Positions 28,140-36,582 of a stretch of DNA of 64,000 nucleotides are shown here, piece after piece. Every line of letters begins with the position of its first letter. Position 1 is the first letter of the stretch. The stretch is from a virus (lineage: Duplodnaviria > Caudoviricetes), in the IMG/VR virus record IMGVR_UViG_3300008954_000001; one strand, 5' to 3'. A program made the translations under genes and the position numbers. Below the pieces are notes generated by a model that was given only the letters and a program-made list of their open reading frames with translations, made no database searches and had not been told where the DNA came from.

Positions 28140-28762
28140 TTGGTTCTCCCATTAGTTCGGCCAAGGACTCGATTGATGGCGGCGGTTTTCCTGTGGGCTT
28201 GCCTACCTGAAAATTGATCTTCAACAACCTCATCGGCGGCGGCCTCTGGATTCTCTTTGATCTCCTCCACATCTTCCATGATGTCTTTGACCTCATCCCT
28301 CTGTCGATCCACGGTAGGGTTATCCATAGACCAATGGGGAGCATTGATTTCGTCGTACAAGGTGTCCGTAAGGGAAGAAAGGGCTTCGGAGCAGTTCATA
28401 AACTGCCGTCGCATCGCACGGATTTCTTGAATATAGCCCTTACCGCCAAGATTGCCGTCTGGTGAGATCAAGGCTGATTTGAGTTTCGCAAACTCATGAT
28501 AAGAGCTTTGTGTGTGGCCCAAGGCCATAAGACATGAACGAAGGCATTTCGCCAAAGGCTTTAGTCGAGCGGGTGAAAACTCAAACTCAACATTCAAATC
28601 TCGCTCGGACGGCCCTGTATCGGCGTAGGCCCAGTTTTTCTCATCTGAACCACGGTCCTTGATGAAACGAACTTCACCCGCTGTCTTGGACATAGCGGCT
28701 GTTTTTGAGCGCAGATACCGTGTCACTACACGACTCGCCATCCTATTGCGTTTATCGGCCAT
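28136..28762 (-). CDS. Head-module hypothetical protein (208 aa)
   Basis: GGAGG RBS. The N-terminus carries RVVTRYLRSKTAAMSKTA. Confidence 0.75.
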   Translation of the reverse strand: MADKRNRMASRVVTRYLRSKTAAMSKTAGEVRFIKDRGSDEKNWAYADTGPSERDLNVEFEFSPARLKPLAKCLRSCLMALGHTQSSYHEFAKLKSALISPDGNLGGKGYIQEIRAMRRQFMNCSEALSSLTDTLYDEINAPHWSMDNPTVDRQRDEVKDIMEDVEEIKENPEAAADEVVEDQFSGRQAHRKTAAINRVLGRTNGRTK

Positions 28763-28830
28763 ACGGCAAACCTCCGTTTCTACAATCGACTATAGATAGG
28801 GACTTTACCGTTGGACGGGCAGGGCCAGAT

Positions 28831-29373
28831 TTATGTTTGAAGCGGACCATCAGATTCCTCGAACAGACGTTCAATGACCCAAGCATCACCGTCTTGCTGG
28901 AGGGACCACATATCGTCCGTAGATTTATGAACAAGCTCGCCCTCAACTTGGTTGCCAGCAACCAATAAGAACTCACTAAGATCCCCAAGGCTGGCGACTC
29001 GCATCTTATCTACTCGAAGATGCCGCCGATCCACGGGCATTACATCATGGTTACCGTCCCACCGTACAAAAACCATCTCATCATGGCTGGTCTTATTACC
29101 AAGCGACGTATGAACTCGGACAACCGTGCCAATCGTGCCTGCTTCGGGAGGGTCGGGGTATGAAAGAACAGAGCCGACATTCACGATGAAGGCGACCCGT
29201 GTACCTTCCGCTACGGGAAGAGGGATCGCATGGGCCGCACGGCCCTTGTCGGTCAAGGCTTGCATGGAGGACGTTCGAGCGTCACCAAGCTGTTTACCCT
29301 TCAAATGAGAGTCGATAGCCTCGTTTACTCTGGCAACATAGTTACCTGTCAGTTCGTCCCAAAATTCGCTCAT
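28831..29373 (-). CDS. Hypothetical protein with SH3/KOW-like beta domain
   Basis: 180 aa; GTRVAF...GTIGTVVRV...VFVRWDG. GGAGG RBS. Confidence 0.65.
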   Translation of the reverse strand: MSEFWDELTGNYVARVNEAIDSHLKGKQLGDARTSSMQALTDKGRAAHAIPLPVAEGTRVAFIVNVGSVLSYPDPPEAGTIGTVVRVHTSLGNKTSHDEMVFVRWDGNHDVMPVDRRHLRVDKMRVASLGDLSEFLLVAGNQVEGELVHKSTDDMWSLQQDGDAWVIERLFEESDGPLQT

Positions 29374-29388
29374 TTTCTGCCTCCAAAA

Positions 29389-29742
29389 TCACTCATGGAA
29401 ATCCACACCAATCTTTCTCTGATGAGCATCCCAACGATCCATCATCTTCAAAAGATCCCGCTGGAAAGCCGCAAGCACCCCATGGACCGCCTTCCTCATT
29501 GATTTGGGATAGCCCGTGTTACCCGTAATCGAGTACAAAATGGCCTCATGCAGTCCTGTCCCATCATAGTAACGAGACTTTTTCATCAAATCGTCCAAAG
29601 GGTTGTCTACAAGTTGTTCAAGCCCCTTGGCCCACTCGTCTGTGTCATACGCCTCTGACCCCTTCTTCACTAATGGAAGAAGGTCTTTCCGCAATTCTGG
29701 ATGCTCATAAGCCAGCTTAATGATCTGATTTCTTAAGCTCAT
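29389..29742 (-). CDS. Hypothetical protein (117 aa) with N-terminal LRNQIIKLAYEHPELRKDLLPLVK helix motif
   Basis: The likely start is ATG 29742, in an ATGA overlap with the upstream stop at 29739. The ORF-track extension to 29856 overlaps the previous gene. Confidence 0.65.
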   Translation of the reverse strand: MSLRNQIIKLAYEHPELRKDLLPLVKKGSEAYDTDEWAKGLEQLVDNPLDDLMKKSRYYDGTGLHEAILYSITGNTGYPKSMRKAVHGVLAAFQRDLLKMMDRWDAHQRKIGVDFHE

Positions 29743-30917
29743 AGTGTGCTCCGTACAACTGACCAGCCCACCGTACCCGTTTGAACCCCATCGAAAGTGA
29801 TTGTAAAGCCTTCGCTTGTCTTCGCTCCAATGGCGGGTGCGGCGTTCATAGAACACTCAGTACAAACGAAGTATTGATTATCAGGTTGGGAGACAGCAAA
29901 GGTCACGGTTTCAGCAGCACTCGCAGCAAAGGCGATTTCTCCTGTGGAACCACTCTCTGAAAGCGTCCCGTCACCCGCCAGATCCCCGTGAGACGATCCC
30001 ACGGAAACAGCAGTTACGGTGTTGTTCAGGGTCAAATCCCCAATCATGCAGCCGATTACCCGTGCCGACCTATCTCCACCAATAGTTACATCCCCAACAT
30101 TCGGGCATCCGGCAATAACGACAGAATTCCCACCAGTTAGGTTGATCAGAACATCTCCCACTTCACCACATTCCTCAATACGGTGGCTGGTGGCCGCAAT
30201 ATCGGACACCGCCGAAGCGGTCGTATAAGCAATCTGAATGTCAGAAAGTCGCTGGATGCCTTTGAGAAGGACACTGGCACACTGGTCAATCTCAATCAAA
30301 GTCGTTGCCACAGGGTTCCAATCGCCCCCCACCGCTACAATGTTGCCCACAGTGGAAGCTCGCAAAGGCCGAGAACCTACTCCCGACGCTTGCAGTTCAC
30401 AGTTTTGAATACGAATACGGTCCTCTCCGATTGTCGATCCCGCCCCGCCGATTACTCGAACGCACGAGGAAGAGTCCTCAGATGACTGAACTCGTAGATC
30501 CACCAAATCTAAAGTTTTGGGGGTGGTGGAAACACCAGCCTGGATGGTGAACGTGTCGCCCGCTGCTGCGGAAACTACAGGTCTACCGATCCCAACAACG
30601 CTGATCCCATCCTTATCAATAGTGATGTTTTCGCTGTAAGTTCCAGAGGTTACAAGGATTGTGTGGGGATTTGTTGCGCTGGAAGTGGCCGAAACCGCAT
30701 CCACAGCGTCTTGAATTGTGCTGTATTGAGCATTGTCCCCAACCACCAAGACAGTCGCATTGGCGGTAACTCCCGCAAGGCGGGCCAGCCCGATCCCGTC
30801 CGTAACCTTCGCATCGACAAACTCAAGGTCGCCATCGGTTGAACGAGAAATCGTCAGGGTGTCGCCACTGGAAGCCTCTATTTGGATTGCGTCTAACTGG
30901 ATTGGGTCTTGCGCCAT
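29739..30917 (-). CDS. Right-handed beta-helix (pectin-lyase-like) protein, fibre/spike-like
   Basis: YSTIQDAVDA...TILVTSGTYSENITI is the usual N-cap of pectin-lyase/pectinesterase-type beta helices, followed by I/V/G/D-rich rungs. Confidence 0.65.
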   Translation of the reverse strand: MAQDPIQLDAIQIEASSGDTLTISRSTDGDLEFVDAKVTDGIGLARLAGVTANATVLVVGDNAQYSTIQDAVDAVSATSSATNPHTILVTSGTYSENITIDKDGISVVGIGRPVVSAAAGDTFTIQAGVSTTPKTLDLVDLRVQSSEDSSSCVRVIGGAGSTIGEDRIRIQNCELQASGVGSRPLRASTVGNIVAVGGDWNPVATTLIEIDQCASVLLKGIQRLSDIQIAYTTASAVSDIAATSHRIEECGEVGDVLINLTGGNSVVIAGCPNVGDVTIGGDRSARVIGCMIGDLTLNNTVTAVSVGSSHGDLAGDGTLSESGSTGEIAFAASAAETVTFAVSQPDNQYFVCTECSMNAAPAIGAKTSEGFTITFDGVQTGTVGWSVVRSTL

Positions 30918-30928
30918 GATCTCAACTC

Positions 30929-31357
30929 CTACACGAACACGTCATAGCCAACGGAACCTGTGAAGGTTGCGCCAAGCTCGACAGTGAAGCCCGTAATGGT
31001 CTTGTTTGTGACCCGGATAGGGACAAACTCGCCAACCGAAACATGGACTCGATAGGTTGCGGCGTTTAGGGCCGATGAAAAGACAACATCTTTAGATGCC
31101 TCAGTGTCGAATTCAAGCGTCCCGCTTACAGATGAAGATGCCATAAGATCCTCCAACTCAGCCATGGCGGTCTGAATGTCGTCCGTCACTTCTTGTGGAA
31201 GCTCGATGTAAGCGTCAGCAATCGACCCTTGGGGCGTAATAATATTACGGACGGAAACGACCCCTGAAATGTCTTGAACAACAGTGAATGTGTACTCCTC
31301 ACTTAAAGCCGTGATGGAGCGATACGTGGATTCTGTTTTGTACCTTGTCAGAGCCAT
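30929..31357 (-). CDS. Putative structural protein; C-terminal domain paralogous to that of 29739-30917
   Basis: 142 aa ending NKTITGFTV...TGSVGYDVFV. Confidence 0.6.
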   Translation of the reverse strand: MALTRYKTESTYRSITALSEEYTFTVVQDISGVVSVRNIITPQGSIADAYIELPQEVTDDIQTAMAELEDLMASSSVSGTLEFDTEASKDVVFSSALNAATYRVHVSVGEFVPIRVTNKTITGFTVELGATFTGSVGYDVFV

Positions 31358-31678
31358 CTACCAGATCCCCGTAGTCAGATACCCTCGGTCGGTGAGCCAC
31401 TTATCGAGCTTCACCAATTCGGAATGATTGGAGGACCAGATCGTAAGGGAACCAGCGTTTTCTTCTTTACCCATACCAAGGTCAGTTATCGGCTCGATCC
31501 CTCGGATACGGGCCTTCCCATCCCTGAAAGATCGCAGCAGATTGTTGATGTTCTTGATGGGCTTAGATGACCCTGCTTCATATACCGTCACACGGTATTC
31601 AGGCGTAGCATGGCTCTGTAGCCATCGCTCGGCTACCTCCTTGGCCATTACTACCCGTTTTTTGCAGGGCTTACTCAT
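31358..31678 (-). CDS. Hypothetical protein (106 aa), first gene of the head module
   Basis: AAGGAGG RBS; carries EVAERWL. Confidence 0.65.
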   Translation of the reverse strand: MSKPCKKRVVMAKEVAERWLQSHATPEYRVTVYEAGSSKPIKNINNLLRSFRDGKARIRGIEPITDLGMGKEENAGSLTIWSSNHSELVKLDKWLTDRGYLTTGIW

Positions 31679-31738
31679 TTAGTTCGCCTCCTTCGGCTCT
31701 CCTGTAAAGAAATGCCAATAGGCTACGAACCGACAACC

Positions 31739-32338
31739 TCAATCCACCGTGAAGATGGGGGTCTCCTCTTTCTCAATGCGTCGAATCTCTCGCAAAATCG
31801 ACAAATTCTGTGAGATCACTCGAAACAGTGAGGCGTAAGTCTCCATTGTGGGGACCACCGCCATCCGTTCGATAGTTCTAATGAACCTGTGTCGAACGAA
31901 TCCTTGGGACACGTTGAGCTTCTTAGCAACCGTGCTCTGACATTTCGTGTCGTACATCCCAACCATGACTTCGACATCGATAGGATCGGTCAAAAATCCC
32001 CGTAAGTCCCGGCGCAATTTCTTCGGCTCAACATCGGGTAGCTCCATTAAGAAGCGAATCCGAGTGGTGGCCCGTTGCAAGCGGTAGCAAACGGTGGGTT
32101 GTGAAACACCGAAGATATGGGCAATGTCTGTCTGCTTCTTGTGTCGAAAGAAGTAAAGCTCGACAAAATCCGCCTCCCGTGGGGGCAGCTTCCCAAGGAC
32201 CGACCGAATATCTTCGATCTGCTCCAAATCCTCTTCAGTAGGTTCAGTGAAAATCGAATCCATATACGCCAAGGAATCCTCGGTCGAGAAACGACTCTCT
32301 ATGTCAGTAGGGTCAATCATTCTCCAATGCCATGACAA
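31739..32338 (-). CDS. Sigma-70 region-4-like transcription factor (two HTH units)
   Basis: LGKLPPREADFVELYFFRHKKQTDIAHIFGVSQPTVCYRLQRA is region-4-like. A second unit reads KCQSTVAKKLNVSQGFVRHRF. No clear region 2. Confidence 0.7.
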   Translation of the reverse strand: MSWHWRMIDPTDIESRFSTEDSLAYMDSIFTEPTEEDLEQIEDIRSVLGKLPPREADFVELYFFRHKKQTDIAHIFGVSQPTVCYRLQRATTRIRFLMELPDVEPKKLRRDLRGFLTDPIDVEVMVGMYDTKCQSTVAKKLNVSQGFVRHRFIRTIERMAVVPTMETYASLFRVISQNLSILREIRRIEKEETPIFTVD

Positions 32339-32386
32339 TATGTGTTCTCCTTTGATGATGGGGCTATGCCCTATCTATCGGTTCGA

Positions 32387-32920
32387 TTAGTCCATAACTT
32401 CCAAAAAAACTTGAGGAATCTTGGTCACGATAGCGAGAGACCGCATTTCTATCTTTAGAATTGCATAATCTTCTTCAATATCGAGAACTTCCCCATCCAT
32501 TCCTTTGTATGTACCATCTGATATGTTGACCATCGAGCCAGGAGTTACATCCCCCATCACCATTGTCCGAAGTTTATCTCTCATCGCTTGGACTTCGAGA
32601 TCGGACAGGGTGTGAGGAATCCTCATGCCTGAGGGAGAAGCACTGGACATAATACGCTTTATGTCCTGATGTCCTTCCAATTTGAAGTAAGTGGTTTCTA
32701 ATAAACCACTTTCAACGAAGGCGTAGCCTTCCATTAAATGAAGTGTGACCGTGCGCCCCGCCTTTTTATAGGTGGCCGCAGGAATGAAAATACCGTGATC
32801 GGGGTCGAGCTTCAGGGCTTTACGAAGGACACGTTCAAAATTACCATCAGCTATCTTCTGCTCACCCTGTCGAGTGAGTTCTAAGATAACCCAAGTTTTA
32901 CGGTCCCTCTTGTCTGCCAT
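32387..32920 (-). CDS. NusG/RfaH-family transcription elongation factor
   Basis: NGN-like N-terminus (WVILEL...GEQK...EGYAFVE) and C-terminal KOW (GSMVNISDGTYKGMDGEVLDI). 177 aa, a typical NusG length. Confidence 0.75.
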   Translation of the reverse strand: MADKRDRKTWVILELTRQGEQKIADGNFERVLRKALKLDPDHGIFIPAATYKKAGRTVTLHLMEGYAFVESGLLETTYFKLEGHQDIKRIMSSASPSGMRIPHTLSDLEVQAMRDKLRTMVMGDVTPGSMVNISDGTYKGMDGEVLDIEEDYAILKIEMRSLAIVTKIPQVFLEVMD

Positions 32921-34265
32921 TTTTTCTCCCTAACTCACTGAGGTAGCGAGAAAAAATGTCGGCAAACTCGTTCGCCGCCAACTCACCGTTAGTTTGTTTT
33001 TTGGGTGTTCGAGTTTTGTTTTCAACACGGCTGTCCCCAACATGGTTCGGATTCACTCCCCGTGGGTCCAAAAATGTCCCCCCCTCTACAGAGGGTGCTG
33101 ATTGAAACTTCATCGGGTTCACTACTTTACCCACGTCTAAAACTTGGGTCTCCGTATTCTTCATCTTCCCACAATTCAAAGGAGATACCGCAACTTGGGC
33201 AGGAACAAAAGGTACACACAAACTGGCAACCTCGCAGAGAAATGCCGAAGCGGGCACCCGCCCCGGCTTAGATGCGAAGGAAGAACCTATGTGAACCAAG
33301 GCTGGCCCAAGGTCTTTTAGGTTGGTCACTAATTCCAAAGGCCACCACGAAGGAGGTTTGCCGACCCCTAAACTTGCGGCATACAGCCGTAGAGCGTGGT
33401 CAGAAACCTTTTCATACAGCACAGAGGGGGAAGCCTGCGCCAACAACTCTTGGGCCAAGGACACAGCCGTTTTAGGGTCTTGAGTTCCCATGGCCCCAAT
33501 CAGAGTCAAAATGGACAAAGAAGTGGCCAGCCCTAAATAGGCATAAACCTTTTCGTCCGTGACCGCCCCCAACATAGTCACGCCCTCAATCGTTTTTAGA
33601 GCGTCCCGAATATGACATTCGCAATGTTCGGCAATCAATTCCAACGCAGAATAGTCGTAAGTAAAGCCCTCTTGTTCACAAACATAGTCCAACCGATCCG
33701 CAATTGCAGCCACGGACGCATGACGAATAATGAAGGGAGGGGCGCATCGAGATACGACCGTAGTTCGCATCTTTTCGGGTTCGGTGGTCGCAAAGATACA
33801 CACCAGCCGCTTATCTTCGGTGCCAGGTAAAGCATCCTCCATCGGCTTGAGTAGGGCATCTAAAGCATCCCTCGATAGCTGATGGGCTTCGTCAAACAAA
33901 TAGATCCGACGCTTCCCCGAAAAGGAAGAGTACTGAAGCTGCTCAACGATCTTCCGAATATTGTCCTTACCAGAATTGGTGGCGGCATCTACCTCCACAA
34001 AATCCGCAGAACTCCCGTTCTCCAAAATCTCGACACAAGAGGGACACGTCCCACAAGACTCCCCATTTACCGGGGCATCACACAGTAAAGACCGAGCAAG
34101 AATACGCCCAAGCGTTGTCTTGCCCGACCCGAAAGGACCAGCAAACAAATACGATTGCCTAAGCCCTGACGCAGAACGAATAAATTCACGGAGGATACTT
34201 ACAGTAGTGTCCTGACCTATGACTTCATCGAACCTCGTTGGGCGATATTTGGTATCAAGAGCCAT
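32898..34265 (-). CDS. dnaX: DNA polymerase III subunit gamma/tau (clamp-loader ATPase)
   Basis: KYRPTRFDEVIGQ, YLFAGPFGSGKTT, C...CGTCPSC zinc module, EVDAAT, FDEAHQL, VVSRC. Confidence 0.92.
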   Translation of the reverse strand: MALDTKYRPTRFDEVIGQDTTVSILREFIRSASGLRQSYLFAGPFGSGKTTLGRILARSLLCDAPVNGESCGTCPSCVEILENGSSADFVEVDAATNSGKDNIRKIVEQLQYSSFSGKRRIYLFDEAHQLSRDALDALLKPMEDALPGTEDKRLVCIFATTEPEKMRTTVVSRCAPPFIIRHASVAAIADRLDYVCEQEGFTYDYSALELIAEHCECHIRDALKTIEGVTMLGAVTDEKVYAYLGLATSLSILTLIGAMGTQDPKTAVSLAQELLAQASPSVLYEKVSDHALRLYAASLGVGKPPSWWPLELVTNLKDLGPALVHIGSSFASKPGRVPASAFLCEVASLCVPFVPAQVAVSPLNCGKMKNTETQVLDVGKVVNPMKFQSAPSVEGGTFLDPRGVNPNHVGDSRVENKTRTPKKQTNGELAANEFADIFSRYLSELGRKNGRQEGP

Positions 34266-34311
34266 CCCTTCTCCCCTGCTCTTTTTACTAAAGAGACTCG
34301 AAAAAGGTCAC

Positions 34312-34788
34312 TCAAGCATCCCCGGAAGGCGAAAAGATTTCCGTAAACTGTTTGATTTCAGTGTCCGCCGCATCTGAAGGCCGAGGCCGCCAATCGCCGT
34401 GTCGATCCAACTCGTCCCAAAAGAAGCTCACATCAGGGGGAGCGATGAAGCAACGGAAGTCCCCGGTGTTGGGATTCTCTTCAACCCGACAAGCACAAAG
34501 AAGGTGGTCCAACAACGCTGACCGCTGCTTGTTGTCCAACCCATCCCACTCATCGAACGCCAATTCCAAAATGAACTTATAGTCCGTGTCGCCAAGCACC
34601 CCAACCAATGCTGGAGCCTTTTTAGCCTTGCCCAAAACTACCGTTCCGCCTCGTTTGCTCGATTTCTCACGGAAAATCACGGCGATCTCATCTTCCACCA
34701 AGATCAAATCAGGGTGGTGAGCTTTCAAGTTCCCCATGATCTCAGGAACTCCCGTGTCTTTTCCCGCAAGCCAATACTCTGTAGCCAT
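34312..34788 (-). CDS. Putative phage metallopeptidase-like protein (degenerate motif)
   Basis: Start ATG 34788 (MATEYW) with AGGAG RBS. GKAKKAP...YKFILELAFDEW...SALLDHLLCAC...HDV-like PDV..F resembles phage metallopeptidase-family proteins, but LLDHLLCAC replaces HExxH. Confidence 0.5.
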   Translation of the reverse strand: MATEYWLAGKDTGVPEIMGNLKAHHPDLILVEDEIAVIFREKSSKRGGTVVLGKAKKAPALVGVLGDTDYKFILELAFDEWDGLDNKQRSALLDHLLCACRVEENPNTGDFRCFIAPPDVSFFWDELDRHGDWRPRPSDAADTEIKQFTEIFSPSGDA

Positions 34789-34804
34789 CGTTCTTCTCCT
34801 TCGA

Positions 34805-35515
34805 TTAATAGTGACTGAAATTAGTCTGTAATCCTTGTTCGCCTTGTGTGAGCCAGATATCGCCAGGATCTTTCCCCATGTAGCGGCACTGGACAACATG
34901 CGGAACACCCGCACGAGTCAAAGCGTCAACGGCACCATAATACCGCCGACCCGTATCGGGGTCGGTCCATCCTAAAGCACCTTTTCTTCCCGTTTCATCA
35001 TTGTCATAAGCGATCATGCAGCCCCCCGAACAAAGTCGAGAAAGGAACCTTACCTGACTCCTTGTTAGGGCGGCTCGTTGGGTGGCAAAAACAGCGTCCC
35101 CGTATGGGATCACTCGCTCAATGGCAGCAAGGTCGAACAGTCCTTCCACAACCCACGCCCTGCCGCCTTTCCATAAACGCTCGGCGGCGTTCTTGCTTTG
35201 CACCCATACTGGCACCCACTTGGATTTAGGGAGCCGATAGCCTGTGATCTTCTTGGTTGCGACTTCACGGGTATCCAAACCTACCAGGCGACCTCTGGGA
35301 CACCGTAATGGGATAGCCAAATGGCCCTTTAAGGCTTGCCCTGACTTACCGTAGCGAAAACGAAAGGATTCCTCTGGTGCGGGTTCTGATGGAGGCACCC
35401 AAAGGCCAAGCCCCAAATCTTCGATCAAAGAATCCGACACCCCACGCTTCTCCAAGTATTGCTGAAGCTGAGAGTCCAATGGACGAATCCCTGATTGTAA
35501 CCACCTTTCCATCAA
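34805..35515 (-). CDS. DnaG-type primase catalytic core (TOPRIM)
   Basis: LAIPLRCPRGRLVGLDTR, WVVEGLFD, IAYDNDETG (DxD), KDPGD. No N-terminal zinc-binding domain seen. Confidence 0.8.
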   Translation of the reverse strand: MMERWLQSGIRPLDSQLQQYLEKRGVSDSLIEDLGLGLWVPPSEPAPEESFRFRYGKSGQALKGHLAIPLRCPRGRLVGLDTREVATKKITGYRLPKSKWVPVWVQSKNAAERLWKGGRAWVVEGLFDLAAIERVIPYGDAVFATQRAALTRSQVRFLSRLCSGGCMIAYDNDETGRKGALGWTDPDTGRRYYGAVDALTRAGVPHVVQCRYMGKDPGDIWLTQGEQGLQTNFSHY

Positions 35516-36036
35516 GGCTCCCCTAAAACCGCAACTCCTCGACTCGGATTGTGGACCATAGCCAAAAAGCCTTTACCCACATCTGCAAAAACACCAACGC
35601 AATCCCTGTCTTTTGGAACAACGACCGCACAGCCTTTATGCAACCACGCACAAACCTTTACCGGGGAATCCACAATGAAGGGCAGACCGGAATCGCTTGC
35701 CAGCACTTCAATGTCTTCCACCCCGTAATACTTCAAGTGCTCTACCGCCTTCTCAAAGCCATCGGAGGTGAGCGGGTGAACATTTCCCCACTTACTCGTC
35801 TCCCCCACCAAAGCGATCTCTCGGATGATGTCTAAATTCATGGCGACCCTCTCGCCCGAATCTTGTTTACGAACACCTACCCGAACCCGACCTTTGGATG
35901 AGGGAATCCAGATAAACTTGGACTTCCCTGCTGCGGTAACCAGAAATGGGGCTAATTCAGGGTTTACTGGGAACTCCATCATCAATGGAGTTCTACCACC
36001 CGTTTTCAACACAACTTTCTTCAAGAGATCAGACAC
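35512..36036 (-). CDS. Hypothetical protein (174 aa)
   Basis: Overlap-coupled in the operon. Confidence 0.65.
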   Translation of the reverse strand: MSDLLKKVVLKTGGRTPLMMEFPVNPELAPFLVTAAGKSKFIWIPSSKGRVRVGVRKQDSGERVAMNLDIIREIALVGETSKWGNVHPLTSDGFEKAVEHLKYYGVEDIEVLASDSGLPFIVDSPVKVCAWLHKGCAVVVPKDRDCVGVFADVGKGFLAMVHNPSRGVAVLGEP

Positions 36037-36568
36037 GGAACCTCCTCAATAATTCGAGATACCAAGGAGAACGGCTATCGTCAGCCTGAAGATCCTCCAC
36101 AGGTGGGAACACCTGAGTCTTCAGGGGCATGATTTCCTCAACGTCCTCCGAAAGCCCTTCATTATCGGGATCGTGGGTTTCATCGTTAGGGTGTTCGCTC
36201 AATACCCACAGTAGGGCGGCCATGTCTGGAAAGTGGTAGGCGATTTCCCCAAAATCCGCTTGGCTCAAAAAGGTGTCGAATTCCTCTCGGATACTATCCG
36301 CATCTTGATTGGCTTGAAAGACGGGACAGCTTGCGGCCCTTGCTCGGCCCCCAAACTTCTCATCGCAAACACCATCGTACTCTTGGCCCTTAGCCACCTT
36401 ATAGGCGCAAACCCCCACATTAGGTTCCGAAGGGGTGTTCCCTGGTCCAAGCGAAACATTGTGGGCGCAATTACACGGCCTACGAGAGAGACCTGTCCGA
36501 ACCATTTTCTTCAAGTGCCGAAAACGCACCTGAGACAGTTTCTTTTGGATCTCTTTTCGATTCCGCAT
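36029..36568 (-). CDS. Cys-containing hypothetical protein (179 aa)
   Basis: CNCAHN...CAY...CDE...CP followed by an acidic tail; coupled to neighbours. Confidence 0.65.
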   Translation of the reverse strand: MRNRKEIQKKLSQVRFRHLKKMVRTGLSRRPCNCAHNVSLGPGNTPSEPNVGVCAYKVAKGQEYDGVCDEKFGGRARAASCPVFQANQDADSIREEFDTFLSQADFGEIAYHFPDMAALLWVLSEHPNDETHDPDNEGLSEDVEEIMPLKTQVFPPVEDLQADDSRSPWYLELLRRFRV

Positions 36569-36582
36569 GGTTCACTATACCT

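Noticed and set aside
32898-33200. Programmed -1 frameshift in dnaX (gamma/tau)
   Set aside because: No in-frame canonical slippery heptamer with a downstream hairpin was identified; the A-run near 33000 is in the wrong phase.
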